Below, in pieces: positions 1 through 11,081 of a stretch of 64,000 nucleotides of DNA. Source of the DNA: Tubulanus polymorphus (taxonomy: Eukaryota; Animalia; Nemertea). The notes beneath the pieces were generated by a model. That model was given only the letters and a program-made list of their open reading frames with translations, did not search any database and was not told the DNA's origin. How positions within the stretch are numbered: the stretch's first letter is position 1; each line of letters begins with the position of its first letter. The position numbers and the translations under genes were made by a program. The DNA is taken from assembly GCF_964204645.1 (NCBI RefSeq), contig NC_134033.1, positions 7,882,655 through 7,946,654 on the forward strand, in the 5' to 3' direction.

Positions 1-959
1 GAAATGTCATTGGTTACATTATGTTTTCACAAAGAGTTTTAAACCATTAAAAATGACACTTTATCTAAATCGAAAGAATGATCGACAGTGGTACCGAGAC
101 CTAATTTATAAGAAATTTTTCAAATTTTTTTCTCGCAAAAATCAAAAATTTAAATTTCATTAGATCTTATAATATAGCCTAAGATAAGAAAATTATGAGG
201 TTTGATTCATTTCTGAAATTTGGGCTTATAATGAGTTACAGTTTCATCTTCTTTCCTCCCACCCCTTAAGTCTGGCATTAATTTTCAATTTTCCAAGTTT
301 TGACTAAGAATTGATTAAATTTCTTCATTAATTTAATGCTTTGGGTCCAACTAGGCCCTACAGTACAATTTCAATATGAAATAGCCTATACTGAAGTTGA
401 TTCTCTTTCCTGTTTCATTAACAACATTTAAGTGTGTTCCTTCACTGACAATATTTTGAGTGTTTTCGTTACCCCGTACTTGAGGTAGGCCTACTTGAGG
501 TTGTTTTCCCGAATCACTATGATTTCTTAATATGAAAAATTTAATCAAGCTGTGACAAGGCGTCCGTCACTTAGATTTCATCTATTACATATTATATTAT
601 ATACTATAGACATTGGATTAACAGATTATCGTTTTCAAATTACCTACAACTCTGATACAACTCTGTGGTGCCTCGTGCCTGTGACGATTGACTACGGGTT
701 TTTTAACGCCAACGGCCGTAATCGGCGGGGTCCGTTGGCTTGAAGTGTTAAAAATCTAAACCTCCGATCATTAATTACGAACGATAATTAAAATTGAACA
801 AGCAAAGTACCCGGTACGAAATTGTTGAAGATAAAACCGTTTTTGGTAACATGCCTAATCTAAAATCCCTGATAAACCTAATCTCACGTGTACTTGCATA
901 TTTACCTGTGGAAGTCGCCATCTTTGTTTTGATGATCGGTTTCGGCATGGCCTATAATG

Positions 960-3266
960 GGTAGCTCCGACAATATCCAAATCAGGGAGTCCATTTCGCG
1001 CCAGTCTCATCAATTTGTGTAAAGGCAATAATCTATGTATTTTAAATGGTCGTTGTCCTGGTGACAGTTTTGGGGAATATACCTGCCATCAATGGAACGG
1101 CAGTAGTGTGGTTGACTTAGCTAAGCCAATGGAAGCCTATATCCACGCATTAAATATTTCTATGTGCACCATCTGACTGAACTATCTGATCATTGCGCTA
1201 TTTCACTCGGCCCTTTGAATACAAAAGAGATGTACCTCCTAGACCCAAGAATTCCTCGGTTGGTCAGTCTAATTTTTATAACAAGCAATTTTCTAAACTC
1301 AAAGATGTAGAAGAGGTCAACTCTTACCTTTCTAATCCGGTAATATTGTGTAAATTAGATCAATTTCTTGAGGGTGATACGGTATGGACTACTAAAGGTG
1401 TAAATATCGAAACGTTAAATGAAATAGTGAATAATTTTGTAGGCCTATACTGAATACCAATGTCAAAACAAAGGTTCAGAATCCTAAGGTGCAGAAGAAT
1501 ACCGGTAAGAAGAGTTGGTTTGATAAGGAATGTATGTCGTTGAAAAAGAATTTACAGTTAACAGGCAGAAAATAACATTATGAAACAAATGGGGAGAATA
1601 GGCAGAAATATTTTATTTAAAAAAAAATGATGTAAGAAAACTGTTAGGACAAAACGTGCAATATTCAGACAATCTGAGCTGTCAAAATTAACTTCGCTAA
1701 AATGTAGACCCAGGGAGTTTTGGAAAATTATCAAAAATCTAAACAAGGATGGTGAAAAACCAGTCAATGACAATTACACCCCTAATTCTACGGAATTTAT
1801 CAACCACTTTAAGTCGCTGAACGCTGCCAAAATTTGTCATAAAAATGTTGTCGAAGACAACTTACCTGAAGCCGACAATGTTTTTACAGAATTAGACTAC
1901 CGGATTACTGAAGAAGAAATATCCAATGCTCTGTCTAAACTTAAAAACAGTAAATCCCCAGGTCTTGTTGGAATAACTAACGAGCTACTTAAATATGGCA
2001 AAGACTACATTATCCAACCACTTGCCAAATTGTTCAATTTCGTTTACTCAAACGGTACATTCCCGATATCTTGGTCTGAAGGTCTTATTGTGTACCTCTG
2101 CTAAAAAAAGGCGACAGAACGCTGCCGGATAATTATAGAGGAATCACACAAGGTAGCTGTTTGGGTAAAGCTTTTGGCCAGGTCCTCAATAACAGACTTA
2201 CTAATTACCTTATAAATAAAAACCTAATAACCCCTAACCAGATTGGTTTTATGCCAAAAAGTAGAACTACAGATCACATGTTAACTTTAAAAAAAACTCA
2301 TAGATTCCAATTGTCCACCTCGGGTAAATTGTATTGTTGCTTCATAGATCTCAGGAAGGCATTTGACTCTGTATGGCATCAAGGTCTCATACATCTGAAA
2401 ATCTGAAATTGGAAGTCACTTCAATGAAATAATTAAAGGTATGTATGAAAACATGACATGCCGTCTAAAACTAGGACCATTTTCTGCATCTGATAAATTT
2501 TAGTCTTGCATTGGCGTACAGCAGGGATACGTGTTGAGCCCCATGCTTTTTAACCTTCATGTGAATGATATTGTATCGATTTTTGATGAAGAATGTGATC
2601 CAACCACCATTAGGGGAATTACTTGTAAATTGTTTGTTGTACGCTGACGATTTGCTACTCGTGTCTAATTCGGAAAGGGGTCTCCAGAAATGTCTCGATA
2701 AACTGTCAAAAAAACAGTGAAACACGGAAATTAGAAATTAACACTGAAAAGAGCAAATGCATGATTTTCAACAAGAAAGGACGAATACGGATTCATTCAA
2801 AATTTTACCTAGGCAATCAAGAAGTTGATATTGTAAAAGAGTATAAATATCTTGGTTTGATGTTTTGTTCAACAGGTAGTTTCCAAAGGGCTAGAGAGGA
2901 ACTATTCACGTCAGCGAGTAGGGCTATGTTTGCAGTACAGAGATTAATAGGTAGCCAAAATTGCCCCCCCCCCCCTGATATATCGCTCCAATTATTTGAC
3001 ACTCTAGTAACCCCTATACTCCTATATGGATGCGAAATATTGTTACCTAAGACAAACTTAGCAAAACGAATCCATAAGAATACGGACAAAAAACCTTTTT
3101 ACCTAGAAGAATCATTCGAAAAAGACGACCTAAACAAACTAATGGTTAAATTCTGTAAATATATTTTGATGGCCAATAAAAAAGCTACCAACTAAGCGAT
3201 TCTGGGCGAGTTGGGTAGACTACCTTTGTATATTAATGCATTTGTACATATTGTCAAATATTATAA
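960..3266 (+). pseudogene. Degenerate non-LTR retrotransposon (CR1/L2-like LINE) ORF2: endonuclease end plus reverse transcriptase, truncated by the viral element
   Basis: Motifs spread over shifting frames: LCILNGR..GDSFGEYTC, SDH, KSPG, NYRGIT, NQIGFMPKSRTTDHM, CFIDLRKAFDSVWH, GVQQG..LSPMLFNL, LLYADD, YKYLG, GELGRLPL; multiple stops and frameshifts. Confidence 0.9.
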
Positions 3267-3267
3267 G

Positions 3268-3313
3268 AGTAATAGGAAGATGTGGGTTTTATACCAGAGG
3301 ACGAGAGGACGAG
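3268..3313 (+). repeat. Candidate left terminal inverted repeat
   Basis: 35/46 ungapped identity to the reverse complement of 20491-20536; starts AGT as Polinton ends do; no matching TSD found. Confidence 0.55.
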
Positions 3314-3352
3314 ACACCTCTCATCACCACAAGTAATTTTTTTTCCTTATAA

Positions 3353-3679
3353 ATGGGAGATAGAAAAGCATTCTTAGCAACAATAAATAACAGAATAAAA
3401 CCAGCAAAAAAACAATTTGAAATAAAAAAGTTAGTTGATGTTACAAAAGAAATTGAACATAAAATATTGAAATTAGAAAAGATAAAAACTAAATATGGAG
3501 AGAAAGTATCAGCTAATTTAAGCTACTGTAATGTTAGTACATCGCGAGAATTTAAAGTATTTTTACCTGATAAATGGGTTTCATTGAGTACAGAGGAATT
3601 AAAAGATTTAGAAGGATTTAAAATAATCTACCATGGGAAAAAGGAAGACGGTCATCATGATTTAGAAATTGTTGATTAA
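3353..3679 (+). CDS. Small viral protein (108 aa), paralog of 8449-8802, possible OB-fold/ssDNA-binding protein
   Basis: Shared motifs KKL...TKYGEK / NNYGDK, FLPDKW / YLPDRF, YHGKKEDGHHDLE / YKGKNEKGHHEID; TAAATG start. Confidence 0.7.
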   Translation: MGDRKAFLATINNRIKPAKKQFEIKKLVDVTKEIEHKILKLEKIKTKYGEKVSANLSYCNVSTSREFKVFLPDKWVSLSTEELKDLEGFKIIYHGKKEDGHHDLEIVD

Positions 3680-4702
3680 ATAAAAAATAAAAATAATCAA
3701 TATCTAGAATCCAAAATGACCTTAGTCGTTTTACAAACAACTACAATCATACAGCCAAACATCTGTTACATGTTATTATAAGAGAGTGCTTCATTTGAAT
3801 ATTGATTGATCAAACAGGTGTTGCAATTCAACGTTGTTGTTATAGCAGTTATATAATAAGCACGCAGTACATACAACACACACAGGACAGGATACATTCT
3901 CTCTCTCCTGATTAAAAGGAATATTTCAATGTTTTTACGGTAAGTTTTAGCAAAACCACCCGACTTGACTCACAGAGTTTTTAGGGGATAAGCATCCCGT
4001 TATTGAGAGGCGCCACGAGATACCTATCCCCATAAGCATTTCTAATTACACCCCTGTGACCCACACCTCACCAATTCTCCTTCAATGGGTGACAGGAAAC
4101 ACATTATATTAAAGGCGCCTAATGCATTTCCTATCAACCCCTTACCCCCGAAAGGAGGATCGAAAGTCGAAACTGAAGGAGAACCACGGAGGGTGGACAA
4201 AGGTGCATTTTCGAAATGCCCCTGCAAGCCAAGCCCGGCGGCACTCCAGTGGTCGAATGAATTGCCTTATATACTTATCTAAAACACCTAAGTAAATGTT
4301 GATCGTGCTAAAAAATATGTGAAATTTGAAATTATAAATTATTCCGAATGAAAAGAATATAAGAATGAAAACTGATAAATGAATTATAAATTTTTAACTT
4401 AATTATGATATAATTTTTAATCAAATTAGTAACCAATTACCATGTAAATTGATTAACAAATTCAAATTCAAATTCAAATATTCATTTTAGCATCACACCC
4501 AGTGCTGCCATCGTTCAATTTAAGAAAAAACTAATAATAAGAAACGACTGTAATACAATATTCAAGTAAAAACAAAATAAATTAATAAAAATAATGAATA
4601 TCTAAAATCCGAAATGACTTATCTGGACAATTTAATTGCTCCGCATAGATAGACAAAAGTAGTGAGATATTCAATTATTTTTTTTGCTTTTTTTCTAAAA
4701 TA

Positions 4703-5062
4703 TTAATCCATTTTTTTTATTATCAATTTTGGAATTTCAGAAGTATTTTCATTTTTGATAGCAGTTGTTTCAGAATTATTAATATCATGAATTTTATTTG
4801 ATTTCTTATACCAATTACACCCAATCAAAATGAATACAATTACAAATCCAACTGTAAAATATAGACATTTATCAAATATTCTATCATTAGAAGGAGTAGA
4901 AATAACAATATTTTCACCATTTTCATTAACATTTTTATTACTTATTTCATCTTTTAGGCCTACAGCTTTTTTATATTCTTGTGATTTAATTCCTAATTGC
5001 CGAGACCATTCAATTTGTTTCTGTGATCTCGGTTTTTTCTTCATTTCTTCTACCTTGTTCAT
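4703..5062 (-). CDS. Viral single-pass membrane protein (119 aa), paralog of 18123-18497
   Basis: KKKPRSQKQIEWSRQLG vs KKKPRSEKQIKWAREFG; one hydrophobic TM segment. Confidence 0.75.
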   Translation of the reverse strand: MNKVEEMKKKPRSQKQIEWSRQLGIKSQEYKKAVGLKDEISNKNVNENGENIVISTPSNDRIFDKCLYFTVGFVIVFILIGCNWYKKSNKIHDINNSETTAIKNENTSEIPKLIIKKMD

Positions 5063-5600
5063 TTATTATAGAAATATTTTTACTTTCAATATTTGAAAAT
5101 GTTATAACTCCAGTTGATAATAATGTCATAAATCCACCTAATTGAAATGATAAATATCCAATCCATTTATCTAATTCGGTCATAACTAAATAATCATTTT
5201 TTAAATCAGCATATAATCTATTTTCATCTTGAATTGGCAGCATATAATTACATAATTTACTATAACCTTTTACTACATTTTCTGATATCGCGTCATTAAT
5301 TACAGCTGTTCTCGCGGCTTCATAAATCTTAAATAATCTAATAATTTCATCTGATTTCATTGTATCTAATTCATTATGAGTTAAATTTTTACCGACAAAA
5401 ATTTTGCATTTTCCAGATGCTATTAATATTTCTAATTGATGTTTACAATAAAGATGATATTCATAATTATTATTTGTTGTAACATTATTTAAAGCACCAT
5501 TATCTGGAATTAATTTGTTTTCTGTTATTCCTAAATCATCTAAAGTTTTTTCAATTGGAACATCACCATTTTTAGATTTTATTTTCTTTTCACCTACCAT
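5010..5600 (-). CDS. Conserved viral protein (196 aa), paralog of 18490-19092
   Basis: IEKTLDDLGI, YCKH.LE, LY.DLKNDYLVMTEL..W.GY.SFQLG shared by both copies. Confidence 0.8.
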   Translation of the reverse strand: MVGEKKIKSKNGDVPIEKTLDDLGITENKLIPDNGALNNVTTNNNYEYHLYCKHQLEILIASGKCKIFVGKNLTHNELDTMKSDEIIRLFKIYEAARTAVINDAISENVVKGYSKLCNYMLPIQDENRLYADLKNDYLVMTELDKWIGYLSFQLGGFMTLLSTGVITFSNIESKNISIINEQGRRNEEKTEITETN

Positions 5601-5632
5601 TTATATAACAAAAAAATTAGTTGTGATGTTGC

Positions 5633-5900
5633 AACTAGAATTCAACTAGAATGTAACTAGCATTCAACTAGATTAACAAGCTACTTGAAATATTGTTGTT
5701 TTTGTTTATTTCTTGTTAAATCTAGTTGATTTTTGTTTCAACTACTAACAACTAGAATTCAACTAGAATGTAACTAGAATTAAACTAGATAAACAAGCTA
5801 GTTAAAATATTGTTAAATCTAGTTGATTTTTGTTACAACTACCAATAACTAGAATTCAACTAGAATGTAAATAGAATTCAACTAGATTAACAAGCTAATT
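5633..5900. repeat. Three blocks of 11-bp phased repeats (CAACTAGAATT-like) with inverted CTAGTTG copies
   Basis: Blocks start at ~5633, ~5749 and ~5847. Confidence 0.85.
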
Positions 5901-5904
5901 GAAT

Positions 5905-6513
5905 TTAAATAAATTCATATTTAAATGGGTGTTGTAATCTAAATAGTAATTTTGATCTTTTAATATTTTTCAACTTATCCATATATTCATTATGTAAATC
6001 ATGTGGAATAATATCATTTTCCTCAAGTGCATTTTTCATCGATTTTCTATCTTTATTGAAGAATAAAACTAGAAATCTAATGTTTTCTCTAAAGTCTTTA
6101 ACAATTGAATTATATTTTTGATTTAAAACCCAAGTTGTTATCCCAAAATGTCTGCCAGAAAAAGCTAAATAGCATAACTCACTCTCTCTAACTTTTGAAT
6201 CATGTAGATTAGCACAATCATCTATAATGAATAATGTATTTGATCCTTTATAAATATCAATTGCTATTTTTATACAATTATCTAAATTTTCTTTTACTGT
6301 TTTAGGATCTAATATAATAAATTTATTATTTCTAGTAATATTTCTATCATAAGTTTGATTAAATTCATATGTTGGACAAAATAATACTATATTATCAAAA
6401 TAGTTTTTATAAACAGTTTCTAATAAATTTAATATAAAATAAGTTTTTCTACAATTTGTTACGCCAGAAATTAACATATTATGAGGCTCATATATAAATA
6501 ATTCCTTATTCAT
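5905..6513 (-). CDS. A32/FtsK-like genome packaging ATPase, copy A (Walker A altered to GVTNCRKT)
   Basis: Walker A-like motif, Walker B LFIIDD, GRHFGIT...Q, RENIR motifs of the A32 family. Confidence 0.9.
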   Translation of the reverse strand: MNKELFIYEPHNMLISGVTNCRKTYFILNLLETVYKNYFDNIVLFCPTYEFNQTYDRNITRNNKFIILDPKTVKENLDNCIKIAIDIYKGSNTLFIIDDCANLHDSKVRESELCYLAFSGRHFGITTWVLNQKYNSIVKDFRENIRFLVLFFNKDRKSMKNALEENDIIPHDLHNEYMDKLKNIKRSKLLFRLQHPFKYEFI

Positions 6514-6519
6514 TTATAT

Positions 6520-6665
6520 ATTTTTAATTTTACTTGATAATATCCATTCATTGAATTTATCTGGCCATTCAACCCATTTTACTAAAGAATATTTTTTTCT
6601 TTTAATAGTTTTTGTTTTTAATACTTTTTCAATTTTATATTCTTGTTCTAGATTTTCAGTAACAG
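6520..6665 (-). pseudogene. Integrase C-terminal chromodomain fragment, copy A
   Basis: Reverse strand reads EYKIEKVLKTKTIKRKKYSLVKWVEWPDKFNEWILSSKIK, matching the end of 17025-17504. Confidence 0.85.
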
Positions 6666-7619
6666 AGAACTGAAGCTAAAACTGATTTCGAGAAAGATTT
6701 CTTCAAGTTAATGAATAATGCATTCTATGGTAAGACTTGTGAAAATATTAGAAATAGAAATGATATTGAGTTAGTCAGTAATGGTAAAAGAATTAGACAT
6801 TTACAATCATATCCTAAGTTCATTGGTAACAGAATATTTGATGAAAATTTAGCCGCAGTTAAAATGAGAAGAACATCAATGAAATTTAATAAACCAATCT
6901 ATGTTGGCGCATCAGTTTTAGAATTATCAAAATTACTAATGTATGAATTCTATTATAATGTATTACAACCACTTTTTGGAGAAAAAAATATAGAAATATT
7001 ATATTTTGATACCGACAGTTACATATTAAAGATAAAAACTGATAACATATCTGATGATTTAAAAACATTAAAACATCATTTTGATTTTAGTAATTATCCT
7101 AAAGATCATGAATTGTTTAGCAATGATAATAAAAAAGTTCCCGGTAAATTCAAAGATGAATTAGGCGGTGAAGAAATGATAGAGTTCATAGGTATTAGAT
7201 CTAAAATGTATTCATATAAAAGTAAAGAACATGAAGCTAAAAAGTTAAAAGGAATAACCAAAAGTGTAGTAGAAAAGAATATTCATTTCAAAGATTACAT
7301 CAATTGTATATTCAATGAAGAAGTAAGAAAACATAAAATGAGATGTTTAAGATCTGAGTACCACGAAATGTTTATTGATGAAATAGAGAAGATAAGTTTG
7401 AATCCATTTGATGATAAACGATATATATTAGATGATCGTATACACACAGTCGCGTATGGTTGCAATTTAGATGAATACTTAAAATTTAAAAGGGAAGAAG
7501 AGAAAGAAAAGGAAATAATGAACAGGATTATAACGTGTATATTCAGTTTTAATAAAAATAAATATTATAAATGGAGCCGGAACAATCACAAACTATCAAT
7601 ATTACAAATAGTGTTATAA
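6663..7619 (+). CDS. Protein-primed family B DNA polymerase, C-terminal part only (motifs B and C)
   Basis: KTDFEKDFFKLMNNAFYGKT, KPIYVG..VLELSK..MY.F.Y, YFDTDS, KKVPGKFKDE, F.G.RSKMY, KGI, DDKRY; 5' end replaced by an inversion junction; original stop after RIITC lost. Confidence 0.92.
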   Translation, partial: QRTEAKTDFEKDFFKLMNNAFYGKTCENIRNRNDIELVSNGKRIRHLQSYPKFIGNRIFDENLAAVKMRRTSMKFNKPIYVGASVLELSKLLMYEFYYNVLQPLFGEKNIEILYFDTDSYILKIKTDNISDDLKTLKHHFDFSNYPKDHELFSNDNKKVPGKFKDELGGEEMIEFIGIRSKMYSYKSKEHEAKKLKGITKSVVEKNIHFKDYINCIFNEEVRKHKMRCLRSEYHEMFIDEIEKISLNPFDDKRYILDDRIHTVAYGCNLDEYLKFKREEEKEKEIMNRIITCIFSFNKNKYYKWSRNNHKLSILQIVL

Positions 7620-8419
7620 ATATATATCATAAAACATGTTGCAAATGTAAAATAAGTAAGCCATTTACAGATTATTATAAACGTAAGATTGGTAAAGATG
7701 GTTTACGCCATAATTGCAAAAGCTGTTATAATCAGAATAATCAACAATATTATAGAGATAATATTGAAGCACGCAACGATAAAATTAAGCAATGGAAGGA
7801 AAATAATCCAGAACGCATTAAAGCGTATCAAAATAAATATCATAAAGAAAGATATCAAACAGATTTTAATTTTAAAATGAAACAATGTCTAGGTAATAGA
7901 TTATCACAATTATTCAGTAAAGAAGCGCATTCAGTTACACTATCTAATTTATTGGGTTGTTCAGATGAATTTCTCAAATCATGGATTGTATATCAATTCA
8001 ACGATAAAATGAATGAAAAAAACTATGGTGAATACTTTCATATTGATCATGTGTTACCGATATCTAAATTTAACATGAATGATGAACACAATCAGAAATT
8101 AATTTGGAATTGGAAGAATCTAAGACCTCTTGAAAAGAAAGAAAATCAAATCAAATCTAATAAACTAGATTTTCAGTTATATTTGGATCAATTAGATAAA
8201 GCAAAGAAATTCATTGAATTTTGGAACAATGAACCAAATAATGAACAATATGTTGAAGAAATTGAAAAGATAAGTCTAAACCCATTTGATGATAAAAGAT
8301 ATATTTTAGATGATGGAATTCATACAGTTGCTTATGGTTGCAATTTAGATGAATACTTAAGATTTAAAAGAGAAGAAACAAAAGAGAACGAGATAATGAA
8401 AAGAATTCTAACGTGTTAA
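7571..8419 (+). CDS. HNH endonuclease-like protein with N-terminal CxxC pairs, fused to a duplicate of the pPolB C-terminus
   Basis: CCKC...CKSC, YGEYFHIDHVLP, NWKNLRPL..EN..K; last ~53 aa (EIEKISLNPFDDKRYILDDG...) repeat the pPolB tail. Confidence 0.85.
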   Translation: MEPEQSQTINITNSVINIYHKTCCKCKISKPFTDYYKRKIGKDGLRHNCKSCYNQNNQQYYRDNIEARNDKIKQWKENNPERIKAYQNKYHKERYQTDFNFKMKQCLGNRLSQLFSKEAHSVTLSNLLGCSDEFLKSWIVYQFNDKMNEKNYGEYFHIDHVLPISKFNMNDEHNQKLIWNWKNLRPLEKKENQIKSNKLDFQLYLDQLDKAKKFIEFWNNEPNNEQYVEEIEKISLNPFDDKRYILDDGIHTVAYGCNLDEYLRFKREETKENEIMKRILTC

Positions 8420-8448
8420 TCAAATTTTGATAAAAATATGTATTATAA

Positions 8449-8802
8449 ATGGAGAGTAAACAAGCACACAGTGAAAACAACAAATTATTTCTAGATAGAA
8501 TAAAAGATACTACAAATGTAAAATCTGTAGATTATAAATTCAAAAAGTTAACAGAATTAACAATTCATAAGAAATATCTAATTACAAATATTGGTACAGT
8601 TACTAATAACTATGGAGATAAATTAGTTATACACTTAGAATATGAAGGATTAAAAGGAAATACATATAAATTCAGAACATATTTACCGGATAGATTTCAT
8701 AGATTATCAAGTGAAGATTTAGAAGAATTATGTTCTGGAGATTTCTATTTCGTATACAAAGGTAAGAATGAAAAAGGGCACCATGAAATAGATTTCGAAT
8801 AA
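8449..8802 (+). CDS. Small viral protein (117 aa), paralog of 3353-3679
   Basis: Shared motifs with 3353-3679; TAAATG start. Confidence 0.75.
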   Translation: MESKQAHSENNKLFLDRIKDTTNVKSVDYKFKKLTELTIHKKYLITNIGTVTNNYGDKLVIHLEYEGLKGNTYKFRTYLPDRFHRLSSEDLEELCSGDFYFVYKGKNEKGHHEIDFE

Positions 8803-8819
8803 GAAAATATGTAAAATAA

Positions 8820-9579
8820 ATGGTAGAATTAAAAGAATACAGAATATTTGTTGATTCTAGAAAACTTACAAATTATAAATCTCATAATTTACTAGTTCAA
8901 CTAGATAGGGAATATAACAATTGTGTTGATTTAAAATTAGTAAATATAAGTTTATGTCATTCTTTTTATAATATAACGGATAAAAAACTATTGAAGATAA
9001 TGCTTTTATGATTTATATTAGAAATGTAAATAAATGGTTTCACCTAATTTTAAAACCAGGATTATATAATTTAGAAACATTAGCTCAAGAAATTAATCGA
9101 AGAGCACGGTTGAAAATTAGAAGAGATGATGAATTTTTAATTAGATTTATAAAAAGTGATAGCACAAACAAAATTAAAATAAAGGTATATGATGAAAGTC
9201 AACATGCATTTATGGTAAAAAACCTATAGCTAAACTGTTAGGAATTGTACCAGATACTGTTACAGAAAACGTAGATGGTCATTCAAATATAATACCTTTT
9301 ACACACTTTTATATTTATTGCAATTTAATCGAGCCTACAAAAACTTTCGAAGCAACTAAAGAAACAATTTGTAGTTCTAGTATACTAAATATTTTACCGC
9401 TAAAAAATGTTAAACAATTTGGAACTCAAATAAATTATAATTTAACTGAATGTGATTTCAAACCTTGTATTCCACATTTCAATAATTTTAAATTAGAAAT
9501 AAGAAATCATAATGGTTATTTAATTGATTTGAATAACTTTCCTGTGATATATGAATTAGTTATAAGATGTAAAGAGTAA
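8820..9579 (+). pseudogene. Minor capsid protein (penton, single jelly-roll), frameshifted
   Basis: Joined frames give VDSR..N...V.L, FYNI, PGLYNL..L, LLG, FYIYCNLI, G..INY, LEIRNHNGYLIDLN.FPV.YEL.I, the typical Polinton mCP pattern. Confidence 0.75.
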
Positions 9580-9595
9580 TTTTTTCACAATATAA

Positions 9596-9952
9596 ATGAA
9601 TATAACTGTTGGACCGAGTATATGTTTTGGGTTTAATTTTAAACATGAGAAAGAAATGAAATTTAACGTTAATGATGTAATTACACATATTAAAAATATT
9701 TCATTTTATAATGAAACAACATTTGAGTATGAAACAACAATAGATAAAGAAACTTTTAATGTAGAAAAGATTACTAATTTAATTAGAGAATCTTTAAGAT
9801 TTTATGAATTAGATGAAGAATTTATTATAGATGATATTAAAAAAATAATAATTGAAATATATACAAATGAAACTAGTAATGAAATAAATGTTGAATTAAT
9901 CGTAAATAAGTTAACTAAATATTTTGATGATAGTAATTTTTTTGATAAATAA
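9596..9952 (+). CDS. Acidic viral hypothetical protein (118 aa)
   Basis: Intact ORF with TATAAATG start, abutting its neighbours. Confidence 0.6.
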   Translation: MNITVGPSICFGFNFKHEKEMKFNVNDVITHIKNISFYNETTFEYETTIDKETFNVEKITNLIRESLRFYELDEEFIIDDIKKIIIEIYTNETSNEINVELIVNKLTKYFDDSNFFDK

Positions 9953-10174
9953 ATGAGTGATAATAAGTGGATAATAACTGGATTATATGATGGCACATTA
10001 CTATCAGTTGGAACTGTTGGTTATTCAATGGTATTTAAAAAAGTATTCAAAATGGGAAGTGTTAATGTTGATAGATTTGATATAAATGATATTTTAAAAT
10101 TAACATTAGCAGTTACTTTATCTAATTTAACTATTGATTATTTGGAAAAACAAAAATATATTCCTCCCATATAA
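9953..10174 (+). CDS. Small hydrophobic viral protein (73 aa)
   Basis: TAAATG start adjoining the previous stop; two hydrophobic stretches. Confidence 0.65.
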   Translation: MSDNKWIITGLYDGTLLSVGTVGYSMVFKKVFKMGSVNVDRFDINDILKLTLAVTLSNLTIDYLEKQKYIPPI

Positions 10175-10198
10175 ATGCATAATTATTTTACTAAATAA

Positions 10199-10610
10199 AT
10201 GGCTTCTGCAGTTATAACTATTATAGGATCGGCAATTGTTAACGCTTTAGCATTTACTGGTGGTGGATATTTATTAAAAAAATGGATCATTAACAGAACA
10301 AAAAAGACATAACTTAGCATTAGAGAAATACAATAAAGCAGCAGAAGAATATAGAGAAAAGAGACAAAACTATATGGATTATATTAACAAGGAATTATAT
10401 GATCAGAAGATTTCACATAGAGATTTTCAATCAGTTGATGATGCAATGAGTTTATATAACGCGGTAACCAATAAAGAAAAATTACATCTATACAAACCTG
10501 AATTATCAGATTATTATACCCCAAGTAATGAACAACAGAAATATGAAATGATATGGATTTTAGGCGGAACAGTTATTGTTATATTTGTGGCGTATAAGTT
10601 TACTAATTAG
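10199..10610 (+). pseudogene. Viral membrane protein with N-terminal amphipathic helix and C-terminal TM, frameshifted
   Basis: ATG at 10199 gives MASAVITIIGSAIVNALAFTGGGYL; frameshift near the A-run ~10276-10283; continues into ORF 10374-10610 (PELSDYYTPSNEQ...TM). Confidence 0.7.
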
Positions 10611-10630
10611 TAACTTTTTTTGCTAAATAA

Positions 10631-11065
10631 ATGGAAGATAAAGTTGATAATATTGACATTATTCCTCATGATATAAATAAAACTAAATTAAAAACATATT
10701 TAGAAAAACAAATATTAGAATTTGAAAGTGACTTAAAAGTTAAAAAGAAAAAATATTTAAAATCTAAAATTATATATTATTTGATTATAAGTGGTTCGGT
10801 TACAATTAGTTCTGTAATAACATTTCTAGCAATATTTTCACCATTAACACCTTTAGCTATATCAATTGGTGTATTAGGATTAAGTTCAAGTGTTTTAACT
10901 GGTATAAGTTCAAAATTAAATATAAAAAGTAATAAAGAAAAAATTAAAACTAATATAAAAGAAATTAATAAATTAAAGAATACACTAGATTATATAATAA
11001 GTTTAAATGGCCATATAACAGTTGAAGAACAAGATAAATTATTAAAAGAATTAATAAATTATTAA
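10631..11065 (+). CDS. Viral protein with two TM helices and flanking coiled coils (144 aa)
   Basis: Hydrophobic hairpin IISGSVTISSVITFLAIFSPLTPLAISIGVLGLSSSVLTG; TAAATG start. Confidence 0.7.
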   Translation: MEDKVDNIDIIPHDINKTKLKTYLEKQILEFESDLKVKKKKYLKSKIIYYLIISGSVTISSVITFLAIFSPLTPLAISIGVLGLSSSVLTGISSKLNIKSNKEKIKTNIKEINKLKNTLDYIISLNGHITVEEQDKLLKELINY

Positions 11066-11081
11066 TTTTTTAGTTATATAA

